Shown here in pieces: positions 9,034 to 18,600 of a DNA stretch of 45,990 nucleotides. The translations under genes and the position numbers were made by a program. The stretch spans positions 1-45,990 of the forward strand of contig JAGGZF010000032.1 of assembly GCA_021162155.1 (NCBI GenBank), given 5' to 3'. Positions within the stretch are counted from its first letter, which is position 1; every line of letters begins with the position of its first letter. This DNA comes from a bacterium (lineage in GTDB: Bacteria > Patescibacteriota > Minisyncoccia > UBA6257). Below the pieces are notes generated by a model. The model searched no databases, was not told where the DNA came from, and was given only the letters and a program-made list of their open reading frames with translations.

Positions 9034-10176
9034 TTACAATGTGTCTTTAGGGTTCACATCTATTATCCACTTTTGAGGAATAGTTAATAATATTTTATTT
9101 CTTATAGATAGTTCTTCGGGAGAAAGAGCGGGGAGAAGGTTTTTTAAGCCGAAATAAAGCAATTCTTTTTTAATGATTGGTTGGCGTTGAGGTATAAATT
9201 TAATCAGAGCATTCCATTTATAGTAACCTTTTTCTTTGGCTATGAAGGAAGGACTAGGTCCTAGAATTATAAATTTTTTTTGTTGTTTTGGGGGAAGTTT
9301 TCTTTGAATGGCAGCAGAGATTTTATTTTTGAAATTTTTAACTATTTTTTCTCCCCGAAGGAAGTCCTTGCTGCGGAATTCTAATTTAATTAATTGAGCA
9401 TAAGGTGGCCAGAGATGTTCACGGCGCCACTTTAGTTCTTCTTGAAAAAATTTATCCGGGGTATTATTAGAAAGATGAAGGAAAATTTTATGTTGAGGAA
9501 GGAAAGTTTGGATAATTAATAATTTTTTGGTGATTTTTTTAATCCGCAGCAGGTAATGGAAAACTCTTTCTTCACTTTGGTAATCAGGGAAAAATAGTAA
9601 TGGATCTAAAGAAGGAATTACTGCTATATCCGCTTTTTTCAGTTGAGGCCTTAATAATGCTTCAGTTCCTATCAGAACCTGAATCTGTTTTTTATTAAAT
9701 TTTTCTAAAAGCAACAGTTCTTTTTTATCTTCCATTTCTCCCTCTATTATTTCTATTGTTATTTTATTGTTTTTATTTACGTTAGGAGAAGTAAGATGAA
9801 GAATAGTTTTTAGTTCTTCTTTTATTCTTTCTGTTCCTATCCCTAAAGGCAGTAATCGGTGTCCTCCACAGGCAGGACAAATAAGAGGCGCCTCCTTTTT
9901 ATAATTGCAGTGGTGACAGAGAAGATAGTTTCCTGAGGGAGATTTATGAAAAGTTAGAGGGATATCACAATTAGGACATTTAAACACATAACCACAATCT
10001 TGGCAAATAATCGAGGTGGCCATTCCTTTCCTGTTAATAAAGAATACTATCTGCTGTTTATTTTGTAATGCTTTTAATATAAGAGAACGAGATGTATCTC
10101 CTAATACTCGGAATTTCTTAGTTGAATGACGCTCTTGTTGTAGATTAATAATTTTGATAGTAGGTGATGATGGCAT
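9034..10176 (-). CDS. priA: Primosomal protein N' (PriA), C-terminal fragment, out of frame with the upstream fragment
   Basis: 380 aa with four CxxC zinc motifs (CQDC, CPNC, CHHC, CPAC), GTERIKEEL and VLIGTEALL (helicase lobe 2). The motif VI arginines are absent. It overlaps the N-terminal fragment at 10145-10176 in another frame. Confidence 0.75.
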   Translation of the reverse strand: MPSSPTIKIINLQQERHSTKKFRVLGDTSRSLILKALQNKQQIVFFINRKGMATSIICQDCGYVFKCPNCDIPLTFHKSPSGNYLLCHHCNYKKEAPLICPACGGHRLLPLGIGTERIKEELKTILHLTSPNVNKNNKITIEIIEGEMEDKKELLLLEKFNKKQIQVLIGTEALLRPQLKKADIAVIPSLDPLLFFPDYQSEERVFHYLLRIKKITKKLLIIQTFLPQHKIFLHLSNNTPDKFFQEELKWRREHLWPPYAQLIKLEFRSKDFLRGEKIVKNFKNKISAAIQRKLPPKQQKKFIILGPSPSFIAKEKGYYKWNALIKFIPQRQPIIKKELLYFGLKNLLPALSPEELSIRNKILLTIPQKWIIDVNPKDTL

Positions 10177-10960
10177 AATGTAAAGATGCGACTTTTTGCG
10201 CTAATATCGTGGCTTCATAATATGGTCTCTGCTGCCAAGATTTATAAGCGGGATTAGCGGGGTCTAAGATTATAATCTGTGATAAATTACTCCAAGGAAG
10301 GAAGAGAGCAGAGCGAAGGCCAATTATTATAAGGGGTTTATTGGTATATAATTGATTCCACAGATGGGCTATTTTTAGAGACGAGGAATTGTGATGTAGT
10401 TCTTCAAGGTAAGAGGGATATTTTCTCTTTAATATTTCAGTATAATATTGTTGATGGAAGAAGGTAGGGACGAGAAAAAGTACCTGCTTTTTCTTTTTTA
10501 ATGATTTGTTTATCGCAGTTTCTGTGGCTTTCCAACTGAATACTCCCTGTATCCTGACTTTATTTTGTTTTAATTTGTCATTTAGATTGGAGTTAGCGGG
10601 CAGACGAAGATGCTTGATTAAACTCGGTAGATTAGCAGGTAGGATAGTTTTTAGTGCCAGTGACAAGGAGACAAAGTAATAATGCGATAGGAAATTAGCG
10701 AGAGAGAAGTGAAAAGGAGATATTATTGGCTGGGAAGAGATAATTTTTTTGACAGGTTTGAGTTGAAAAGAGGTTTTCTTGATTTCTGCTTTTTTTAAAG
10801 ATAGAGGAACTGATGTGGTAACTATTCCCGATGTTATTCTTTTTTTTAAAGGTATTTGAACTACAGCCCCTGTAGGTAAATTTTCGGTAGTAAAATAGGA
10901 GAGTTGCTGGGGTTCAGTTAACGGAAGATAGGTTAAAGGAATGACTTTAATAACAAACAT
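10145..10960 (-). CDS. priA: Primosomal protein N' (PriA), N-terminal fragment with degenerate Walker A/B
   Basis: 271 aa with PriA-like order: an N-terminal DNA-binding region, then ...LFLVPTFF...IIGLRSALFLPW...IIILD.... The Walker A position reads GVFSWKAT and the DEEH position reads DPAN. Confidence 0.7.
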   Translation of the reverse strand: MFVIKVIPLTYLPLTEPQQLSYFTTENLPTGAVVQIPLKKRITSGIVTTSVPLSLKKAEIKKTSFQLKPVKKIISSQPIISPFHFSLANFLSHYYFVSLSLALKTILPANLPSLIKHLRLPANSNLNDKLKQNKVRIQGVFSWKATETAINKSLKKKKQVLFLVPTFFHQQYYTEILKRKYPSYLEELHHNSSSLKIAHLWNQLYTNKPLIIIGLRSALFLPWSNLSQIIILDPANPAYKSWQQRPYYEATILAQKVASLHYAIITYYQNY

Positions 10961-10962
10961 AA

Positions 10963-11529
10963 TTAAGCAAGAAAGGAAAATTGGGCTACTTGTTTATATT
11001 CTGCTCCAGAAGGCCTGAGATGGCTTTCCATAAGAGATAATTCCCGGGCGGTAAATTGTAATTTAAGGTGTTTCTCTATGTAAGAAGGGGGAGGAAGTTG
11101 TTGATAGGAAATTCCTTTACGAATACGTGCCAAAGTGATGTGAGGTTTTAAAGGACGATTTTCTTGATGAAAAGAGATATGATATCTCTTTAATTGTTGC
11201 TCCATCTTATTTCTTAATTCTGAAAGAATAGGAGAGTGTTCTCCTTCTAACCACACTAACCTTGGCCGGGAAGAGGAGGGACCGTAAGTAATTTTATTGA
11301 AAGATACTGAGAACGGGCTTAAAGGAGAAGTTAGTTGTTTTCCTATTACCTGTAAAGAAAGAATTTCTCTGTCTTTCACGCTTCCGATAAAAAGTACAGT
11401 TAAGTGAAGAGCGTCTGGTTTTACCTTCCTGAAGAATTCTGGGGATAAATACTTTTTTTGGTATTCTTCTAATTTTTCTTTTATTTCTGAGGGAAGACAG
11501 ATAGCCCAAAAAACTCTATGAGAAGCCAT
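10963..11529 (-). CDS. thpR: RNA 2',3'-cyclic phosphodiesterase (2H phosphoesterase, LigT/ThpR)
   Basis: 188 aa with the two H-x-T-x motifs (HLTV, HITL). Confidence 0.85.
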   Translation of the reverse strand: MASHRVFWAICLPSEIKEKLEEYQKKYLSPEFFRKVKPDALHLTVLFIGSVKDREILSLQVIGKQLTSPLSPFSVSFNKITYGPSSSRPRLVWLEGEHSPILSELRNKMEQQLKRYHISFHQENRPLKPHITLARIRKGISYQQLPPPSYIEKHLKLQFTARELSLMESHLRPSGAEYKQVAQFSFLA

Positions 11530-11622
11530 TATATTTTCTGCTAATTTTTTTCTGTTTTATTTATTTTCTTTATTTTATCTCATTTTCTCTTTTTAATCCA
11601 CAAAGAAAGGAAAGCACGAAGT

Positions 11623-11652
11623 TTGACAGAAAAAACGATTATAATATATAAT
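11623..11652 (+). promoter_or_regulatory. Sigma-70-type promoter TTGACA-N18-TATAAT
   Basis: TTGACA at 11623-11628 and TATAAT at 11647-11652. The element ends 18 nt upstream of the ctpA-like ATG, in a divergent intergenic region. Confidence 0.5.
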
Positions 11653-11670
11653 GTTTAAAAGATATTATTA

Positions 11671-12906
11671 ATGGGACAAAAAATAAAAAAGGCCTTATTA
11701 GTACTACTGATCGTCCTTCTTAATGGAGGGATTTTTCTTTCTGGTTTTTATAATGGAGTAAAATGGGGATGGCAGGCTAATCTTCCTTCTCCTTTTGAGA
11801 AAATAATACACAGAGAGAAACCGCCAGATTTGCCTCCGGGAGATATGAGTATCTTTTGGGATACTTGGAAAGTGATTTTAGACAAGTATGTGGACCGCCA
11901 GCACTTAGATAGCCAGACACTAATAGAGGGGGCTACTAAAGGTTTAGTAAGGTCCCTCCAAGATCCTTATTCTGAATTTTTGGACTCTCAACAGGCACAA
12001 GATTTATCTCAAGAGTTATCAGGAGAGTTTTCTGGAGTAGGAATGGAAATAGAAAAAAAAGGAAACTTTTTAATAGTAGTTACTCCCTTGCCGGGCACTC
12101 CGGCTGCTAAAGCAGGACTGCGACCTAATGATAAAATACTGGAGATAGATGGCCAACCTACTTCAGACCTTTCTACTCTAGAAGCCGCTAAATTAATAAG
12201 AGGACCAGAGGGCACAGAGGTTCAACTTCTTATATATAGAAATTCTTTAGATAAACCAAAGTTGATAACTCTAAAAAGAGAAAAGATAGTTATTCCTTCT
12301 GTGCGCTGCCAGATGCTGGATGATAAAATCGGCTATTTGAGGATTTATAATTTCAATCAGCCGCTTTTAGAAGAATTTTATCAGAAGTCGTTAAAATTAT
12401 TGGCTCAGAAGCCGCAGAAATTGATACTGGACTTAAGAAATAACCCCGGGGGATATTTAGAATATGTAGTAAATGTCAGTGGCTGGTTTTTGAACAAAGG
12501 AGATATAGTTCTTAGAGAAAAAACAGCTAATAATGAAGAGAAGATTTATAGAGCTCAAGGCCCGGGGTTATTTAAGGATATCCCTACTGTTATTTTAGTT
12601 AATCAGGGCACAGCATCTGCTGCTGAGATTTTAGCCGGAGCATTAAGGGACAACAGAGGTCTTAAGCTTATAGGGGAAAAAACATTTGGGAAAGGATCTG
12701 TACAGGAATTAGTGCATTTAAAAGATGGTAATGTATTAAAAATTACTATAGCACGCTGGTTTACGCCCCAGAATGTGCTTATAGAAAAAAATGGATTAGA
12801 GCCGGATATTAAAGTTAAAAATGAAGATGATATAAGTGGTTATGGTGAATTGAACATAGAGAAAGACAAACAGTTATTAAGAGCGATGCAGGAATTAAAT
12901 AACTGA
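11671..12906 (+). CDS. Carboxy-terminal processing protease (S41 family) with PDZ domain
   Basis: 411 aa with an N-terminal TM segment, a PDZ (GMEIEKKGNFLIVVTPLPGTPAAKAGL), the catalytic region GTASAAEI, and FGKGSVQ. Confidence 0.88.
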   Translation: MGQKIKKALLVLLIVLLNGGIFLSGFYNGVKWGWQANLPSPFEKIIHREKPPDLPPGDMSIFWDTWKVILDKYVDRQHLDSQTLIEGATKGLVRSLQDPYSEFLDSQQAQDLSQELSGEFSGVGMEIEKKGNFLIVVTPLPGTPAAKAGLRPNDKILEIDGQPTSDLSTLEAAKLIRGPEGTEVQLLIYRNSLDKPKLITLKREKIVIPSVRCQMLDDKIGYLRIYNFNQPLLEEFYQKSLKLLAQKPQKLILDLRNNPGGYLEYVVNVSGWFLNKGDIVLREKTANNEEKIYRAQGPGLFKDIPTVILVNQGTASAAEILAGALRDNRGLKLIGEKTFGKGSVQELVHLKDGNVLKITIARWFTPQNVLIEKNGLEPDIKVKNEDDISGYGELNIEKDKQLLRAMQELNN

Positions 12907-12916
12907 TAACAAAATT

Positions 12917-14176
12917 ATGCGCTTGGGTGATGTAGAGATTCAAGTGGTTCTTGATTCTCGAAAACAGGAAACCTTAGCCGCCGTTATGCGTAGTGGCGGG
13001 GAGCAGGTTTCTTCTAGTGTTCCCCAAGGAAAGTCAAAAGGCGAAAGGGAGGCGTATAGTGTATCTCCCAGAGAGGCACTGGAGCATTTTTCTTCCATCA
13101 AAACTGCTCTCCTAAAAAAAGAATTTAATTGTTTAGAAGAATTTGATAATTTTCTTCTTCACTTAGACGGGACAAAAGATAAACATAATTTAGGAGGTAA
13201 TTTACTACTGGTTCTATCTCAAACTTTTGCTCGCCTGTTGGCTAAATTAAAGAGAAAAGAATTGTGGCAGTTGTTACGGGAAGAGATGATAAGAATTGCC
13301 CCTGATTTGCGGAGGAGATTTTATTGGAGGAAGTTTTTTAAAAAAGAAGCACCTCTTTTTTTATTTAATCTTATCAATGGAGGAGAGCATGCGGTTTATG
13401 GGCCAAAATTTCAGGAGTATTTAATAGTGCCTGTGTTAAATAATCCTTGCGATTCTTTGGCATTAGGAAAATTCTTTTTTTCCAAATTAAAACAATATTT
13501 TTGGGATGAATATAAAAAGCAGGATTTTGGTGATGAAGGAGGACTGTTAATTCCAGAAAGTTTTTACGAAAAACCCTTAGAAATATATTCTGTTATTAGA
13601 GAAAAACTTCATTTAAAAAACAAAGTTAGATTTGCTTTAGATGTAGCGGCTTCTACTTTTTATGACAAACAGAGAAAAGTTTATTATTTGTTTCCCTCTA
13701 AAGTAATTTCTGCCAAAGAGTTACTGGAGGTCTATCGGGAGATTATCGCACGCTATAATTTAATTTCTTTAGAAGACCCCTTTGAGGAAAATGCTTGGGA
13801 AGATTTTAGTAAAATTACTTCCTTCTGCAGGAGAAAAACTGTTATAATAGGAGATGATTTAATAGTGACTAATCCTACTCTATTACAGAGAGCGGTAGCA
13901 GAAAAAGCAATTACCGGAGTCATTGTTAAACCCACTCAAATAGGAACTGTTACCGAGACGTTAAAAACTATAATTCTGGCTCAACGAAAAAGAATTAAAA
14001 TTATAGTTAGTCACCGGAGCGGTGAAACAACAGATAATTTTATCGCCGATTTGGCTTGGGCAGCTGGTGCTTGGGGACTGAAAGCAGGTGCTCCTCAACC
14101 AGAGGAAAGAATGGTAAAATACAATAGGATAATAGAGATATATAAAAAGCAAGCAGAGTTTAAGATTCTATTATAG
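12917..14176 (+). CDS. eno: Enolase (divergent)
   Basis: 419 aa with VLDSR, NGGEHA, GDEGG, DVAAS, LEDPF, IGDDL, KPTQIGT, SHRSGETTD and KYNRIIEI in canonical order. The metal-II loop is non-canonical. Confidence 0.8.
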   Translation: MRLGDVEIQVVLDSRKQETLAAVMRSGGEQVSSSVPQGKSKGEREAYSVSPREALEHFSSIKTALLKKEFNCLEEFDNFLLHLDGTKDKHNLGGNLLLVLSQTFARLLAKLKRKELWQLLREEMIRIAPDLRRRFYWRKFFKKEAPLFLFNLINGGEHAVYGPKFQEYLIVPVLNNPCDSLALGKFFFSKLKQYFWDEYKKQDFGDEGGLLIPESFYEKPLEIYSVIREKLHLKNKVRFALDVAASTFYDKQRKVYYLFPSKVISAKELLEVYREIIARYNLISLEDPFEENAWEDFSKITSFCRRKTVIIGDDLIVTNPTLLQRAVAEKAITGVIVKPTQIGTVTETLKTIILAQRKRIKIIVSHRSGETTDNFIADLAWAAGAWGLKAGAPQPEERMVKYNRIIEIYKKQAEFKILL

Positions 14177-14195
14177 ATAAAGGTAAAAATATACA

Positions 14196-15209
14196 ATGAA
14201 GAAAGTAGCGCTTTTGGAAATTAGTGATTGGGAGAAGGAAGCATTGCAAAAATTTCCAGAATTTTTGGCAATAGCCGATCTTTACTCAGAAAGTTTGTCT
14301 TCAGAAAATATAGAGAAATTTCAAGATTACGCAATTATCTCTCCTTTTATTAATTCCCGCTTTACTCCTGAAGTAATAACAAAATTACCTCATTTACGTT
14401 ATATAACAACTCGGTCTACCGGTTTTGACCATATAGATGTAGATTATTGCCGAGAGAAGAAAATTTTGGTTAGCAATGTTCCTGCTTATGGAAGCCATAC
14501 GGTTGCAGAATATACTTTTGCTCTTCTTCTGTGCTTAGTGAGAAAAATTTATGATGCTTATCATAGGGTTAGGGAAGAGGGAAATTTTAGTTTGGAGAAT
14601 TTAAGGGGCAGAGAATTGTTCGGGAAAACTTTAGGAGTGATAGGTACTGGTAGAATAGGAACTAATGTCGTCAAGATTGCCAAAGGATTTCAAATGAAAA
14701 TCTTGGCTTACGATAGATATCCTGACAAGGAAAAGGAAAAACAGCTGGGCTTTACTTATGTATCTTTAGAGCAGTTATTACAGGAGTCAGATATTATAAC
14801 TCTTCATGTGCCCTATAATTCTTCTACTCACCATCTATTAAATAGTAATAATATTCCTTTAATTAAAAAAGGTGCTTTCGTTATTAACACTGCTCGGGGG
14901 GGTATAATAGAAACAGAAGCACTTTATCAAGCGCTTAAATCGGGGCAAATAGCGGGAGCAGCCTTAGATGTTTTAGAAGAAGAAAAGGAAATAAAAGAGG
15001 AACAAGAATTATTGTTGAAGGACAGATTGAATGAGACAGAGAAACTTAAAAATGTAGTTTTGAATCATATATTAGTTGATTTGGATAATGTGCTTGTTAC
15101 TCCCCATAATGCTTTTAACACAGAGGAAGCATTACATAACATTATTGTTACTACCATAGATAATATAAATTCTTTCCTTCAAGGAAAACCTCAAAATTTG
15201 GTTTCTTAA
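14196..15209 (+). CDS. D-isomer-specific 2-hydroxyacid dehydrogenase (D-lactate dehydrogenase-like)
   Basis: 337 aa with the NAD fold GVIGTGRIGTNV. Candidate catalytic residues are R in NTARGG, E in LDVLEEE and H in TPHNAF. Confidence 0.8.
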   Translation: MKKVALLEISDWEKEALQKFPEFLAIADLYSESLSSENIEKFQDYAIISPFINSRFTPEVITKLPHLRYITTRSTGFDHIDVDYCREKKILVSNVPAYGSHTVAEYTFALLLCLVRKIYDAYHRVREEGNFSLENLRGRELFGKTLGVIGTGRIGTNVVKIAKGFQMKILAYDRYPDKEKEKQLGFTYVSLEQLLQESDIITLHVPYNSSTHHLLNSNNIPLIKKGAFVINTARGGIIETEALYQALKSGQIAGAALDVLEEEKEIKEEQELLLKDRLNETEKLKNVVLNHILVDLDNVLVTPHNAFNTEEALHNIIVTTIDNINSFLQGKPQNLVS

Positions 15210-15258
15210 TGGTTTCAAGTTTGCGTCCAAACCTTAAAATATTAATTATTTCACTACT

Positions 15259-15627
15259 ATGCTGAAAGATAATTGTGTCTTTTGTAAAATTATCAGGGGA
15301 GAAATTCCTTCTCAAAAATACTACGAAGATGAGAAATTTTTGGCATTTTATGATATTAATCCTATATCCAAAGGACATTTAGTAGTGATTTCCAAAAATC
15401 ATTATGATAATGTAGGCGAGATGCCTGATGAAGAATGGAAGGAATTAATGAGTTTAGCAAGGAGATTAGCTGAACAAGAAAAAGAAGAACTTGGCGCTGA
15501 TGGCTATCATCTTCTAATAAATCAAGGAGAAGCAGCACAATCAGTGGTTGTTCATAGGCCCCATATCCATATCATTCCTCGTAGATTTGGAGACGGTTTA
15601 AAGATAGATCCTAGAGGACAAATTTAA
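15259..15627 (+). CDS. HIT-family nucleotide hydrolase/transferase
   Basis: 122 aa with an N-terminal CVFCKI and a histidine-triad region HRPHIHIIPR. The first His is displaced by one residue relative to HxHxH. Confidence 0.8.
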   Translation: MLKDNCVFCKIIRGEIPSQKYYEDEKFLAFYDINPISKGHLVVISKNHYDNVGEMPDEEWKELMSLARRLAEQEKEELGADGYHLLINQGEAAQSVVVHRPHIHIIPRRFGDGLKIDPRGQI

Positions 15628-15631
15628 TATT

Positions 15632-18600
15632 ATGTGCGGAATTATTGCTTACAAAGGAAAAGGGGACGCAGTTGAAATTGTGATGAATGGCTTAAAACAT
15701 CTGGAGTATAGAGGATATGATTCTGCTGGTCTTTGTGTAATTTCTTCTAATAAGATGCTGCTGATTAAAAAGGTGGGGAAAGTGGAGAACTTATTGCAAG
15801 AAATCAAAAGAAGACAAGTACAAGGTGAAACAATAGAAGGAAAAGTTGGAATTGGTCATTGCCTTCATCCAAATACTTTAGTCCAACTTTCTGATGGTAG
15901 AATTGTATATATTAAGGATGTTATTGATGGAGAAAAAATTGTTAATTTGAATACAGAGAATCTTGTATTGGAGGATGGAGAAGTAAAAGTTTCTCAACAT
16001 AAATCCCCTCCTTATCTCTATTATGTGCGAACGCCACTTTCTGATTTTATTAGTACCTCGAATCATAAAAATTTAGTCTGGGAAAAAGATAAAATAGTAG
16101 AAAAATTAACCAAAGATTTAAAAAAGAAAGATCTCTTAATTTTTCCTAAACGAATTAAAACATCAGAGACAAAGCCCCTTCGGTTTAAACCGATCTTTTA
16201 TAAAAGATATTATACTCTTACTTCTTACGGAGCTTCGTTCCTTAAGAGCCAAATTAGTGCTGTTGGATTAAATAAAGTATCCAGCAAAGTTGCTGTTTCT
16301 CCTGCTTATTTAGGTCATATTGTAGCCAATGATAGGAACTTTAGAGAAGACAAATTGGAATTATTATATAATTTTTTTGGTAAAAGTTTTGAGGAAGCGC
16401 TTTACGATGCTAAATATCCTCATCTAAAACCGGTAAATACAGTTCACGGGAAATTCATAAAGTTGCCAGAGTTTAGTAACTCCCGACTAATGCAAATTCT
16501 GGGTTATTTTATAGGTGATGGTTATGCAGGGAAAAGATCATTGAGATTTAAAGATATAGATGTAAGCAATTTAGAAGTATATAAAGGGTTGATAGAAAAG
16601 GAATTTGGTGTAAAGGGTCGTATTGCTTCTCAAAGAGATACAAAAGCTATGCTTTTAGAATTCAATAGTACTTATTTATGTAATTGGCTAAAAGTAAATG
16701 TTATTCAAAATAAGCATAATTTTCTCTCCACTATTGGGCAATTACCAGATAGTCAATTAGCAGCGTTTATAAGGGGTCTGTTTGATGCTGAAGGGTGTGT
16801 GAATTTAGTTTCTAAGCAGTTATCTCTAAGAATGATTGATGAATTTTTAATTCGCTCTTTGCAATTATGGCTTCTGCGATTTGGGATTATTTCTTCAATT
16901 ATGATAGAGCCACCTAATTCTAAACACAATAAACTTAATAGGACTTTTAGACTGACTACTAGCAATAAGGAATCAATAGAGTTATTTAAAAAACATATAT
17001 CATTTAGTGGTGAGAAGAAAAGAGAAAAACTTACTGGCTTACTTAAATTACTTGGTGATAAACATTTTAGCTTCAAGATTCATCCATTTTCTCAACAAAT
17101 AATTCTAACTCGGGTAAAAGATGTTCAGCGGATACCCTCAGATACAAAATTTGTTTATGATTTAGAGGTAAAAGGAAACCATAACTTTTTAGCCAATGCT
17201 ATTTTTACTCACAATAGTCGCTGGGCTACGCATGGAGCAGTGACAGAAATAAACGCTCATCCTCATTTTTCTTGTGATAAAAATATTTATGTAGTTCATA
17301 ATGGTATTATTGAGAATTACGAATCCCTAAAGAAAGAATTAGAGAAGAAAGGACACCACTTTGTTTCTCAAACAGATACTGAAGTAATTCCTCATTTAAT
17401 AGAAGAATACCGGAAGAGATATTCTTTTCTTTCGGCTTGCCAGAAGGCATTTAAGCGTCTGAAAGGACTCTTTGCCTGTGTGGTTTTAGAAAGAAAGAGC
17501 GGAGAAATAATAGGGGCGAGAAATGGTTCTCCTTTAGTAATGGGATTGGATAAGAAGGGATTTTATTTGGCTTCTGATGTCCCTGCCTTTTTAGATAGGA
17601 CTAATAAAGTAATTTTTATTAATGACGGAGAGATGGTGTATTTGAAAAATGACGGAACTTATCAATTATATAATTTTATAGAGAATAAAAAAATTACCAG
17701 AAAAATTAATACAATTCACTGGACTAAAGAATCAGCGGAGAAAGGAAAATATCCTCATTTTATGCTAAAGGAGATAATGGAGGTTCCAGAAGTGATACAA
17801 AAAGCGCTTTATCAGAAGGAAAAAGATTTAAGGTCTGCTGCGAATTTAATAAAGAAGAGTTCTAAAATTATTTTTGTGGGGTGTGGAACTGCTGGTCATG
17901 CCGGTTTAGTAGGGAAGTATTGGTTTTCCTCTTTACTTAAAAAGGATTGTGATTTTATTACTGCTAGTGAACTTAGTTATTTTGAAGGAACTTTGCGTAA
18001 GAATACTCTGTTAATAGCAATTTCTCAGTCAGGAGAAACTGCTGATGTGTTAGAAGCAGTTAAAAGAGCCAAAAGTAGGGGAGTGAAAGTTTTATCTCTG
18101 GTAAATGTTATGGGCTCTACTCTGACTAGGATTAGTGATAAAGTTTTAATGGTTCATGCGGGCCCGGAAAAATGTGTTCTAGCCACTAAAAGTTATATAG
18201 CCCAATTAACTGTTCTTCTCTTGTTGGTTTCTCTACTGATGGGACAAAAGCAAAAAATTGTTCGCCAATTAAAACAACTTAGTCACTTTCTGGCTGTTTT
18301 TCTAAAAGAAAAGCCATCTTCTCTAAAAAGATTAGCGCATTTGCTACAGAAAAGTGAGCATCTCTATATTATAGGAAGAGGGCTGAATTATCCCACTGCT
18401 TTAGAAACTGCTTTAAAAATTAAAGAAGGAACTTACATTCATGCGGAGGCGTTTGCTGGCGGAGAATTGAAGCACGGAGTTATTGCTTTAATAGAAAAGA
18501 ATACTCCCTGTTTAATTCATTTTGCTAAGGATGGAGAGGAAACTAATACTTTAATTAATGCTATGGAACTGAAAAGCAGAGGAGGATATTTAATAGGTTT

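Noticed and set aside
15600-15640. Looked for a glmS ribozyme/riboswitch upstream of glmS.
   Set aside because: glmS starts 4 nt after the HIT gene stop. There is no room for the ~170-nt ribozyme.
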